From assembly GCA_964016885.1 (NCBI GenBank), contig OZ024754.1, forward strand, positions 18,166,001 through 18,230,000: 64,000 nucleotides of DNA, read 5' to 3'. Of this stretch, positions 29,401 through 42,700 are shown one piece after another. Each line of letters begins with the position of its first letter. Position 1 is the first letter of the stretch. Origin of the DNA: Eledone cirrhosa. Its lineage: Eukaryota. The notes under the pieces were generated by a model, which was not told the origin of the DNA, ran no database searches, and saw only the letters and a program-made list of their open reading frames with translations. Made by a program: the position numbers and the translations under genes.

Positions 29401-30799
29401 ATTAGAGAGCTGTTGGTATAGAGATAGCAGGGCTGGTAGTATAGAGATGGTACAGAGCTGTTGGTATAGAGATGGTAGAGAGCTGTTGCTATAGAGATAG
29501 CAGAGAGCTGGTAGTATAGAGATGGTAGAGAGCTGCTGGTATAGAGATGGTAGAGAGCTGTTGGTATAAAGATGGTAGAAAGCTGTTGGTGTAGAGATAG
29601 CAGAGAGCTGGTAGTATAGAGATGGTAGAGAGCTGTTGGTATAGATATAGCAGAGAGCTGGTAGTATAGAGATGGTAGAGAGCTGGTGGTAAAGAGATGG
29701 TAGAGTGCTTCTGGTATAGAGAAGGTAGAGAGCTGGTGGGTATAGAGATGGTAGAGAGTTGTTGGTATAGAGATAGCAGAGAACTGGTAGTATAGAGATG
29801 GTAGAGAGCTGCTGGTATAGAGCTCTGGGTATAGAGATGGTAGAGAGCTGTTGGTATAGAGATAGCAGAGAGCTGGTAGTATAGAGATTGTAGAGAGCTC
29901 TTGGTATAGAGATGGTAGAGAGCTGTTGGTATAGAGATGGCAGAGAGCTGGTGGTATAGAGCTGTTGGTATAGAGATGGTACAGAGCTAGTGGTATAGAG
30001 ATAGCAGAGAGCTGATAGTATAGAGATGGTAGAGAGCTGTTGGTATAGAGATGGTAGAGAGCTGTTGTTATAGAGATGGTAGACAGCTGTTGTTATAGAG
30101 ATGGTAGAGAGCTGTTGGTATAGAGATAGCAGAGAGCTGTCGGTATAGAGATAGCAGAGCTGGTAGTATAGAGATGGTAGTATAGAGATAGTAGAGAGCT
30201 GTAGGTATAGAGATGGTAGAGAGCTAGTGGTATAGAGATGGTAGAGAGCTGTTGGTATAGAGATAGCAGAGAGCTGGTAGTATAGAGATGGTTGAGAGCT
30301 GCTGGTATAGAGATGGTAGAGAGCTGTGGGTATAGAGATGGTAGAGACCTGTTGGTATAGAGATGGAAGAGAGCTGTTGGTATAGAGATGGTAGAGAGAT
30401 GGTAGAAAGCTGTTGGTGTAGAGATAGCAGAGACCTGGTAGTATAGAGATGGTAGAGAGCTGTTGGTATAGAGATGGTAGAGAGCTGTTGGTATAGAGAT
30501 GGTAGAGAGCTGTTGGTATAGAGATGGTAGAGAGCTGTTGGTATAGAGATGGTAGAGAGCTGTTGGTATAGAGATGGTAGAAAGCTGTTGGTGTAGAGAT
30601 AGCAGAGAGCTGGTAGTATAGAGATGGTAGAGATCTGTTGGTATAGAGATGGTAGAGAGCTGTTGGTATAGAGATGGTAGAGAGCTAGCAGAGAGCTGGT
30701 GGGTATAGAGATGGTAGAGAGCTGGTGGTATAGAGATAGTAGAGTGCTGTTGGTATAAAGATGGTAGAGAGCTGGTGGTATAGAGATGGTAGAGAGCTG

Positions 30800-33700
30800 T
30801 TGGTATACAGATGGTAGAAAGCTGGTGGTATAGAGATGGTAGAGAGCTGGTGGTATAGAGATGGTAGAGAGCTGGTGGTATAGATATGGTAGAGAGCTGT
30901 TGGTATAGAGATGGTAGAAAGCTGTTGGTGTAGAGATGGTAGAGAGCTGTTGGTATAGAGATAGCAGAGAGCTGGTGGTATAGAGATGGTAGAGTGCTGT
31001 TGGTATAGAGATGGTAGAGAGCTGTGGGTATATAGATGGTATGGAGCTAGTGGTATAGAGATAGTAGAGAGCTGGTATAGAGATGGTAGAGAGCTGGTGG
31101 TATAGAGATGGTAGAGAGCTGGGGTATAGAGATGGTAGAGAGCTAGTGGTATAGAGATAGCAGAGAGCTGATAGTATAGAGATGGTAGAGGGCTGTTGGT
31201 ATAGAGATGGTAGAGAGCTGTTGTTATAGAGATGGTAGAGAGCTGTTGGTATAGAGATATTAGAGAGCTGTTGGTATAGAGATAGCAGGGCTGGTAGTAT
31301 AGAGATGGTACAGAGCTGTTGGTATAGATATAGTAGAGAGCTGTTGGTATAGAGATAGCAGAGAGCTGGTAGTATAGAGATGGTAGAGAGCTAGTGGTAT
31401 AGAGATAGCAGAGAGCTGATAGTATAGAGATGGTAGAGAGCTGTTGGTATAGAGATGGTAGAGAGCTGTTAGTATAGAGATAGCAGAGAACTGGTAGTAT
31501 AGAGATGGTAGAGAGCTGCTGGTATAGAGATGGTAGAGAGCTGTGGGTATAGAGATGGTAGAGAGCTGGTGGTATAGAGATAGCAGAGAGCAGGTAGTAT
31601 AGAGATTGTAGAGAGCTCTTGGTATAGAGATTGTAGAGAGCTGTTGGTATAGAGATGGTAGAGAGCTGTTGGTATAGAGATGGTAGAGAGCTGTTGGTAT
31701 AGAGATGGTATAGAGCTGTTGGTATAGAGATGGTACAGAGCTAGTGGTATAGAGATAGCAGAGAGCTGATAGTATAGAGATGGTAGAGAGCTGTTGGTAT
31801 AGAGCTGTTGTTATAGAGATGGTAGAGAGCTGTTGGTATAGAGATAGTAGAGAGCTGTTGGTATAGAGATAGCAGAGCTGGTAGTATAGAGATAGTAGAG
31901 AGCTGTGGGTATAGAGATGGTAGAGAGCTAGTGGTATAGAGATGGTAGAGAGCTGTTGGTATAGAGATAGCAGAGAGCTGGTATTATAGAGATGGTACAG
32001 AGCTGTTGGTATAGAGATGGTAGAGAGCTGTTGGTATAGAGATAGCAGAGAGCTGGTAGTATAGAGATGGTTGAGAGCTGCTGGTATAGAGATGGTAGAG
32101 AGCTGTGGGTATAGATATGGTAGAGACCTGTTGGTATAGAGATGGAAGAGAGCTGTTGGTATAGAGATGGTAGAAAGCTGTTGGTGTAGAGATAGCAGAG
32201 ATCTGGTAGTATAGAGATGGTAGAGAGCTGTTGGTATAGAGATGGTAGAGAGCTGTTGGTATAGAGATGGTAGAGAGCTGTTGGTATAGAGATGGTAGAG
32301 AGCTGCTGGTATAGAGATGGTAGAAAGCTGTTGGTGTAGAGATAGCAGAGAGCTGGTAGTATAGAGATGGTAGAGATCTGTTGGTATAGAGCTGTTGGTA
32401 TAGAGATGGTAGAGTGCTGTTGGTATAGAGATGGTAGAGAGCTGGTGGTATAGAGATGGTAGAGAGCTGTGGGTATAGAGATGGTAGAGAGCTAGTGGTA
32501 TAGAGCTGTTGGTATAGAGATGGTAGAGAGCTGGTGGTATAGAGATGGTAGAGATCTGGTGGTATAGAGATGGTAGAGAGCTGGTGGTACAGATATGGTA
32601 GAGAGCTGTTGGTATAGAGATGGTAGAAAGCTGTTGGTGTAGAGATAGCAGAGAGCTGGTAGTATAGAGATGGTAGAGAGCTGTTGGTATAGAGATAGCA
32701 GAGAGCTGGTAGTATAGAGATGGTAGAGAGCTGGTGGTATAGAAATGGTAGAGTGATGTTGGTATAGAGATGGTAGAGAGCTGTTGGTATAGAGATGGTA
32801 GAGAGCTGTTGGTATAGAGATTGTAGAGAGCTGGTGGTATAGAGATGGTAGAGAGCTGGTGGTATAGAGATGGTAGAGAGCTGGTGGTATAGAGATGGTA
32901 GAGAGCTAGTGGTATAGAGCTGTTGGTATAGAGATGGCAGAGACCTGTTGGTATAGAGATGGTAGAGAGCTGTTTGTATAGAGATAGCAGAGAGCTGGTG
33001 GGTATAGAGATGGTAGAGAGCTGGTAGTATCGAGATGGTAGAGAGCTGTTGTTATAGAGATTGTAGAGAGCTATTGGCATAGAGATGGTAGAGAACTGTT
33101 GGTATAGAGATGGTAGAGAGCTTGTGGTATAGAGATGTTAGAGAGCTGTTGGTATAGAGATGGTAGAGAGCTGTTGGTATAGAGGTGGTAGAGAGCTAGT
33201 GGTATAGAGATGGTAGAGAGCTGGTGGTATAGAGATTGTAGAGAGCTGTGGGTATAGAGATGGTAGAGAGCCAGTGGTATAGAGATGGTAGAGAGCTGTT
33301 GGTATAGAGATGGTAGAGAGCTGGTGGTATAGAGATGGTAGAGAGCTGTTGGTATAGAGATAGTAGAGTGCTGTTGGTATAGAGATGGTAGAGAGCTGGT
33401 GGTATAGAGATGGTAGAGAGCTGTGGGTATAGAGATGGTAGAGAGCTGTTGGTATAGAGATGGTAGAGAGCTGTTGGTATAGAGATAGTAGAGTGCTGTT
33501 GGTATAGAGATGGTAGAGAGCTGGTGGTATAGAGATGGTAGAGAGCTGTGGGTATAGAGATGGTAGAGAGCTAGTGGTATAGAGCTGTTGGTATAGAGAT
33601 GGCAGAGACCTGTTGGTATAGAGATGGTAGAGAGCTGTTTGTATAGAGATAGCAGAGAGCTGGTGGTATAGAGATGGTAGAGAGCTGGTAGTATCGAGAT

Positions 33701-36700
33701 GGTAGAGAGCTGTTGTTATAGAGATTGTAGAGAGCTATTGGCATAGAGATGGTAGAGAACTGTTGGTATAGAGATGGTAGAGAGCTTGTGGTATAGAGAT
33801 GTTAGAGAGCTGTTGGTATAGAGCTGTTGGTATAGAGGTGGTAGAGAGCTAGTGGTATAGAGATGGTAGAGAGCTGGTGGTATAGAGATTGTAGAGAGCT
33901 GTGGGTATAGAGATGGTAGAGAGCCAGTGGTATAGAGATGGTAGAGAGCTGTTGGTATAGAGATGGTAGAGAGCTGGTGGTATAGAGATGGTAGAGAGCT
34001 GGTGGTATAGAGATTGTAGAGAGCTGGTGGTATAGAGATGGTAGAGAGCTGTGGGTATAGAGATGGTAGAGAGCTAGTGGTATAGAGATGGTAGAGAGCT
34101 GGTGGTATAGAGATGGTAGAGAGCTAGTGGTATAGAGATGCTAGAGAGCTGGTGGTATAGAGATGGTAGAGAGCTGGTGGTATAGAGATGGTAGAGAGCT
34201 GGTGGTATAGAGATGGTAGAGAGCTGGTGGTATAGATATGGTAGAGAGCTGTTGGTATAGAGATGGTAGAAAGCTGTTGGTGTAGAGATAGCAGAGAGCT
34301 GGTAGTATAGAGATGGTAGAGAGCTGTTGGTATAGAGATGGTAGAGAGCTGGTGGTATAGAGATGGTAGAGAGCTGTTGGTATAGAGATGGTAGAGAGCT
34401 GTTGGTATAGAGATAGCAGAGAGCTGGTAGTATAGAGATGGTAGAGTGCTTTTGGTATAGAGAAGGTAGAGAGCTGGTGGTATAGAGATGGTAGAGAGCT
34501 GGTAGAGAGCTAGTGGTATAGAGATAGCAGAGAGCTGATAGCATAGAGATGGTAGATAGCTGTTGGTATAGAGATGGTAGTGAGCTGTTGTTATAGAGAT
34601 GGTAGAGAGCTGTTGGTATAGAGATATTAGAGAGCTGTTGGTATAGAGATAGCAGGGCTGGTAGTATAGAGATGGTACAGAGCTGTTGGTATAGAGATGG
34701 TAGAGAGCTGTTGGTATAGAGATAGCAGAGAGCTGGTAGTATAGAGATGGTAGAGAGCTGCTGGTATAGAGCTGTTGGTGTAGAGATAGCAGAGAGCTGG
34801 TAGTATAGAGATGGTAGACATCTGTTGGTATAGAGATGGTAGAGAGCTGTTGGTATAGAGATGGTAGAGAGCTGTTGGTATAGAGATAGCAGAGAGCTGG
34901 TAGTATAGAGATGGTAGAGAGCTGGTGGTAAAGAGATGGTAGAGTGCTTTTGGTATAGAGAAGGTAGAGAGCTGGTGGGTATAGAGATGGTAGAGAGCTG
35001 TTGGTATAGAGATAGCAGAGAGCTGGTAGTATAGAGATGGTAGAGAGCTGCTGGTATAGAGATGGTAGAGAGCTGTGGGTATAGAGATGGTAGAGAGCTG
35101 TTGGTATAGAGATAGCAGACAGCTGGTAGTATAGAGATTGTAGAGAGCTCTTGGTATAGAGATGGTAGAGAGCTGTTGGTATAGAGATGGTAGAGAGCTG
35201 GTGGTATAGAGATGGTATAGAGCTGTTGGTATAGAGATGGTACAGAGCTAGTGGTATAGAGATAGCAGAGAGCTGATAGTATAGAGATGGTAGAGAGCTG
35301 TTGGTATAGAGATGGTAGAGAGCTGTTGTTATAGACATGGTAGAGAGCTGTTGGTATAGAGATAGTAGAGAGCTGTTGGTATAGAGATAGCAGAGCTAGT
35401 AGTATAGAGATGGTAGTATAGAGATAGTAGAGAGCTGTGGGTATAGAGATGGTACAGAGCTGTTGGTATAGAGATGGTAGAGAGCTGTTGGTATAGAGAT
35501 AGCAGAGAGCTGGTAGTATAGAGATGGTTAAGAGCTGCTGGTATAGAGATGGTAGAGAGCTGTGGGTATAGAGATGGTAGAGACCTGTTGGTATAGAGAT
35601 GGAAGAAAGCTGTTGGTGTAGAGATAGCAGAGACCTGGTAGTATAGAGATGGTAGAGAGCTGTTGGTATAGAGATGGTAGAGAGCTGTTGGTATAGAGAT
35701 GGTAGAGAACTGTTGGTATAGAGATGGTAGAGAGCTGTTGGTATAGAGATGGTAGAAAGATGTTGGTGTAGAGATAGCAGAGAGCTGGTAGTATAGAGAT
35801 GGTAGAGATCTGTTGGTATAGAGATGGTAGAGAGCTGTTGGTATAGAGATGGTAGAGAGCTGTTGGTATAGAGATGGTAGAGAGCTAGCAGAGAGCTGGT
35901 AGTATAGAGATGGTAGAGAGCTGGTGGTATAGAGATGGTAGAGAGCTGGTGGTATAGAGATGGTAGAGAGCTGTGGGTATAGAGATGGTAGAGAGCTAGT
36001 GGTATAGAGCTGTTGGTATAGAGATGGTAAAGAGCTGGTGGTATAGAGATGGTAGAGAGCGGGTGGTATAGATATGGTAGAGGAGCTGTTGGTATAGAGA
36101 TGGTAGAAAGCTGTTGGTGTAGAGATAGCAGAGAGCTGGAAGTATAGAGATGGTAGAGAGCTGCTGGTATAGAGATGGTAGAGAGCTGTTGGTATAGAGA
36201 TGGTAGAGAGCTGTTGGTATAGAGATGGTAGAGAGCTGGTGGTATAGAGATGGTAGAGAGCTGTTGGTATAGAGATGGTAGAGAGCTGTTGGTATAGAGA
36301 TAGCAGAGAGCTGGTAGTATAGAGATGGTAGAGAGCTGGTGGTATAGAGATGGTAGAGTGCTGTTGGTATAGAGATGGTAGAGAGCTGTGGGTATAGAGA
36401 TGGTATAGAGCTAGTGGTATAGAGATGGTAGAGAGCTGGTATAGAGCTGGTGGTATAGAAATGGTAGGGAGCTGGTGGTATAGAGATAGCAGAGAGCTGA
36501 TAGTATAGAGATGGTAGAGAGCTGTTGGTATAGAGATGGTAGAGAGCTGTTGTTATAGAGATGGTAGAGAGCTGTTGGTATAGAGATATTAGAGAGCTGT
36601 TGGTATAGAGATAGCAGGGCTGGTAGTATAGAGATGGTACAGAGCTGTTGGTATAGAGATGGTAGAGAGCTGTTGGTATAGAGATAGCAGAGAGCTGGTA

Positions 36701-39700
36701 GTATAGAGATGGTAGAGAGCTACTGGTATAGAGATGGTAGAGAGCTGTTGGTATAAAGATGGTAGAAAGCTGTTGGTGTAGAGATAGCAGAGAGCTGGCA
36801 GTATAGAGATGGTAGAGATCTGTTGGTATAGAGATGGTAGAGAGCTGTTGGTATAGAGATAGCAGAGAGCTGGTAGTATAGAGATGGTAGAGAGCTGGTG
36901 GTAAAGAGATGGTAGAGTGCTTTTGGTATAGATAAGGTAGAGAGCTGGTGGTATAGAGATGGTAGAGAGCTGTTGGTATAGAGATAGCAGAGAGCTGGTA
37001 GTATAGAGATGGTAGAGAGCTGCTGGTATAGAGATGGTAGAGAGCTGTGGGTATAGAGATGGTAGAGAGCTGTTGGTATAGAGATAGCAGAGAGCTGGTA
37101 GTATAGAGATTGTAGAGAGCTCTTGATATAGAGATTGTAGAGAGCTGTTGGTATAGAGATGGTAGAGAGCTGTTGGTATAGAGATAGTAGAGAGCTGTTG
37201 GTATAGAGATAGCAGAGATGGTAGTATAGAGATAGTAGAGAGCTGTGGGCATATAGATGGTAGAGAGCTAGTGGTATAGAGATGGTAGAGAGCTGTTGGT
37301 ATAGAGATAGCAGAGAGCTGGTATTATAGAGATGGTACAGAGCTGTTGGTATAGAGATGGTAGAGAGCTGTTGGTATAGAGATAGCAGAGAGCTGGTAGT
37401 ATAGAGATGGTAGAGAGCTGCTGGTATAGAGATGGTAGAGAGCTGTGGGTATAGAGATGGTAGAGACCTGTTGGTATAGAGATAGCAGAGAGCTGGTAGT
37501 ATAGTGATGGTAGAGAGCTGGTGGTATAGAGATGGTAGAGTGCTGTTGGTATAGAGATGGTAGAGAGCTGGTGGCATAGAGATGGTATAGAGATGGTAGA
37601 GAGCTAGTGGTATAGAGCGGTTGGTATAGAGATGGTAGAGAGCTGGTGGTATAGAGATGGTAGAGAGCTGGTGGTATAGAGATGGTAGAGAGCTGGTGGT
37701 ATAGAGATGGTAGAGAGCTAGTGGTATAGAGATGGTAGTGCTGTGGGTATAGAGATGGTAGAGAGCTGTAGGTATAGAGATAGCAGAGAGCTGGTAGTAT
37801 AGAGATGGTAGAGAGCTGTGGGTATAGAGATGGTAGAGAGCTAGTGGTATAGAGATGGTAGAGAGCTGTGGGTATAGAGATGTTAGAGAGCTGTTGGTAT
37901 AGAGATAGCAGAGAGCTGATAGTATAGAGATGGTAGAGAGCTGTTGGTATAGAGATGGTAGAGAGCTGTTGTTATAGAGATGGTAGAGAGCTGTTGGTAT
38001 AGAGATGGTAGAGAGCTGTTGGTATAGAGATAGCAGAGAGCTGGTATTATAGAGATGGTAGAGAGCTGTTGGTATAGAGATGGTAGAGAGCTGTTGGTAT
38101 AGAGATAGCAGAGAGCTGGTAGAGAGCTGCTGGTATAGAGATGGTAGAGAGCTGTGGGTATAGAGATGGTAGAGAGCTGTTGGTATAGAGATAGCAGAGA
38201 GCTGGTGGTATAGAGATTGTAGAGAGCTGTTGGTATAGAGATTGTAGAGAGCTGTTGGTATAGAGCTGGTGGTATAGACATGGTAGAGAGCTGGTGGTAT
38301 AGAGATGGTAGAAAGCTGGTGGTATAGAGATGGTAGAGAGCTGGTGGTATAGAGATGGTAGAGAGCTGGTGGTATAGATATGGTAGAGAGCTGTTGGTAT
38401 AGAGATGGTAGAAAGCTGTTGGTGTAGAGATGGTAGAGAGCTGTTGGTATAGAGATAGCAGAGAGCTGGTGGTATAGAGATGGTAGAGTGCTGTTGGTAT
38501 AGAGATGGTAGAGAGCTGTGGGTATATAGATGGTATGGAGCTAGTGGTATAGAGATGGTAGAGAGCTGGTATAGAGATGGTAGAGAGCTGGTGGTATAGA
38601 GATGGTAGAGAGCTGGGGTATAGAGATGGTAGAGAGCTAGTGGTATAGAGATAGCAGAGAGCTGATAGTATAGAGATGGTAGAGGGCTGTTGTTATAGAG
38701 ATGGTAGAGAGCTGTTGGTATAGAGATATTAGAGAGCTGTTGGTATAGAGATAGCAGGGCTGGTAGTATAGAGATGGTACAGAGCTGTTGGTATAGAGAT
38801 GGTAGAGAGCTGTTGGTATAGAGATAGCAGAGAGCTGGTAGTATAGAGATGGTAGAGAGCTATTGGTATAGAGATAGCAGAGAGCTGATAGTATAGAGAT
38901 GGTAGAGAGCTGTTGGTATAGAGATGGTAGAGAGCTGTTAGTATAGAGATAGCAGAGAACTGGTAGTATAGAGATGGTAGAGAGCTGCTGGTATAGAGAT
39001 GGTAGAGAGCTGTGGGTATAGAGATGGTAGAGAGCTGGTGGTATAGAGATAGCAGAGAGCAGGTAGTATAGAGATTGTAGAGAGCTCTTGGTATAGAGAT
39101 TGTAGAGAGCTGTTGGTATAGAGATGGTAGAGAGCTGTTGGTATAGAGATGGTAGAGAGCTGTTGGTATAGAGATGGTATAGAGCTGTTGGTATAGAGAT
39201 GGTACAGAGCTAGTGGTATAGAGATAGCAGAGAGCTGATAGTATAGAGATGGTAGAGAGCTGTTGGTATAGAGCTGTTGTTATAGAGATGGTAGAGAGCT
39301 GTTGGTATAGAGATAGTAGAGAGCTGTTGGTATAGAGATAGCAGAGCTGGTAGTATAGAGATAGTAGAGAGCTGTGGGTATAGAGATGGTAGAGAGCTAG
39401 TGGTATAGAGATGGTAGAGAGCTGTTGGTATAGAGATAGCAGAGAGCTGGTATTATAGAGATGGTACAGAGCTGTTGGTATAGAGATGGTAGAGAGCTGT
39501 TGGTATAGAGATAGCAGAGAGCTGGTAGTATAGAGATGGTTGAGAGCTGCTGGTATAGAGATGGTAGAGAGCTGTGGGTATAGATATGGTAGAGACCTGT
39601 TGGTATAGAGATGGAAGAGAGCTGTTGGTATAGAGATGGTAGAAAGCTGTTGGTGTAGAGATAGCAGAGATCTGGTAGTATAGAGATGGTAGAGAGCTGT

Positions 39701-42700
39701 TGGTATAGAGATGGTAGAGAGCTGTTGGTATAGAGATGGTAGAGAGCTGTTGGTATAGAGATGGTAGAGAGCTGCTGGTATAGAGATGGTAGAAAGCTGT
39801 TGGTGTAGAGATAGCAGAGAGCTGGTAGTATAGAGATGGTAGAGATCTGTTGGTATAGAGCTGTTGGTATAGAGATGGTAGAGTGCTGTTGGTATAGAGA
39901 TGGTAGAGAGCTGGTGGTATAGAGATGGTAGAGAGCTGTGGGTATAGAGATGGTAGAGAGCTAGTGGTATAGAGCTGTTGGTATAGAGATGGTAGAGAGC
40001 TGGTGGTATAGAGATGGTAGAGATCTGGTGGTATAGAGATGGTAGAGAGCTGGTGGTACAGATATGGTAGAGAGCTGTTGGTATAGAGATGGTAGAAAGC
40101 TGTTGGTGTAGAGATAGCAGAGAGCTGGTAGTATAGAGATGGTAGAGAGCTGTTGGTATAGAGATAGCAGAGAGCTGGTAGTATAGAGATGGTAGAGAGC
40201 TGGTGGTATAGAGATGGTAGAGTGATGTTGGTATAGAGATGGTAGAGAGCTGTTGGTATAGAGATGGTAGAGAGCTGTTGGTATAGAGATTGTAGAGAGC
40301 TGGTGGTATAGAGATGGTAGAGAGCTGGTGGTATAGAGATGGTAGAGAGCTGGTGGTATAGAGATGGTAGAGAGCTAGTGGTATAGAGCTGTTGGTATAG
40401 AGATGGCAGAGACCTGTTGGTATAGAGATGGTAGAGAGCTGTTTGTATAGAGATAGCAGAGAGCTGGTGGGTATAGAGATGGTAGAGAGCTGGTAGTATC
40501 GAGATGGTAGAGAGCTGTTGTTATAGAGATTGTAGAGAGCTATTGGCATAGAGATGGTAGAGAACTGTTGGTATAGAGATGGTAGAGAGCTTGTGGTATA
40601 GAGATGTTAGAGAGCTGTTGGTATAGAGATGGTAGAGAGCTGTTGGTATAGAGGTGGTAGAGAGCTAGTGGTATAGAGATGGTAGAGAGCTGGTGGTATA
40701 GAGATTGTAGAGAGCTGTGGGTATAGAGATGGTAGAGAGCCAGTGGTATAGAGATGGTAGAGAGCTGTTGGTATAGAGATGGTAGAGAGCTGGTGGTATA
40801 GAGATGGTAGAGAGCTGTTGGTATAGAGATAGTAGAGTGCTGTTGGTATAGAGATGGTAGAGAGCTGGTGGTATAGAGATGGTAGAGAGCTGTGGGTATA
40901 GAGATGGTAGAGAGCTGTTGGTATAGAGATGGTAGAGAGCTGTTGGTATAGAGATAGTAGAGTGCTGTTGGTATAGAGATGGTAGAGAGCTGGTGGTATA
41001 GAGATGGTAGAGAGCTGTGGGTATAGAGATGGTAGAGAGCTAGTGGTATAGAGCTGTTGGTATAGAGATGGCAGAGACCTGTTGGTATAGAGATGGTAGA
41101 GAGCTGTTTGTATAGAGATAGCAGAGAGCTGGTGGTATAGAGATGGTAGAGAGCTGGTAGTATCGAGATGGTAGAGAGCTGTTGTTATAGAGATTGTAGA
41201 GAGCTATTGGCATAGAGATGGTAGAGAACTGTTGGTATAGAGATGGTAGAGAGCTTGTGGTATAGAGATGTTAGAGAGCTGTTGGTATAGAGATGGTAGA
41301 GAGCTGTTGGTATAGAGGTGGTAGAGAGCTAGTGGTATAGAGATGGTAGAGAGCTGGTGGTATAGAGATTGTAGAGAGCTGTGGGTATAGAGATGGTAGA
41401 GAGCCAGTGGTATAGAGATGGTAGAGAGCTGTTGGTATAGAGATGGTAGAGAGCTGGTGGTATAGAGATGGTAGAGAGCTGGTGGTATAGAGATTGTAGA
41501 GAGCTGGTGGTATAGAGATGGTAGAGAGCTGTGGGTATAGAGATGGTAGAGAGCTAGTGGTATAGAGATGGTAGAGAGCTGGTGGTATAGAGATGGTAGA
41601 GAGCTAGTGGTATAGAGATGCTAGAGAGCTGGTGGTATAGAGATGGTAGAGAGCTGGTGGTATAGAGATGGTAGAGAGCTGGTGGTATAGAGATGGTAGA
41701 GAGCTGGTGGTATAGATATGGTAGAGAGCTGTTGGTATAGAGATGGTAGAAAGCTGTTGGTGTAGAGATAGCAGAGAGCTGGTAGTATAGAGATGGTAGA
41801 GAGCTGTTGGTATAGAGATGGTAGAGAGCTGGTGGTATAGAGATGGTAGAGAGCTGTTGGTATAGAGATGGTAGAGAGCTGTTGGTATAGAGATAGCAGA
41901 GAGCTGGTAGTATAGAGATGGTAGAGTGCTTTTGGTATAGAGAAGGTAGAGAGCTGGTGGTATAGAGATGGTAGAGAGCTGGTAGAGAGCTAGTGGTATA
42001 GAGATAGCAGAGAGCTGATAGCATAGAGATGGTAGATAGCTGTTGGTATAGAGATGGTAGTGAGCTGTTGTTATAGAGATGGTAGAGAGCTGTTGGTATA
42101 GAGATATTAGAGAGCTGTTGGTATAGAGATAGCAGGGCTGGTAGTATAGAGATGGTACAGAGCTGTTGGTATAGAGATGGTAGAGAGCTGTTGGTATAGA
42201 GATAGCAGAGAGCTGGTAGTATAGAGATGGTAGAGAGCTGCTGGTATAGAGCTGTTGGTGTAGAGATAGCAGAGAGCTGGTAGTATAGAGATGGTAGACA
42301 TCTGTTGGTATAGAGATGGTAGAGAGCTGTTGGTATAGAGATGGTAGAGAGCTGTTGGTATAGAGATAGCAGAGAGCTGGTAGTATAGAGATGGTAGAGA
42401 GCTGGTGGTAAAGAGATGGTAGAGTGCTTTTGGTATAGAGAAGGTAGAGAGCTGGTGGGTATAGAGATGGTAGAGAGCTGTTGGTATAGAGATAGCAGAG
42501 AGCTGGTAGTATAGAGATGGTAGAGAGCTGCTGGTATAGAGATGGTAGAGAGCTGTGGGTATAGAGATGGTAGAGAGCTGTTGGTATAGAGATAGCAGAC
42601 AGCTGGTAGTATAGAGATTGTAGAGAGCTCTTGGTATAGAGCCGTTGGTATAGAGATGGTAGAGAGCTGTTGGTATAGAGATGGTAGAGAGCTGGTGGTA

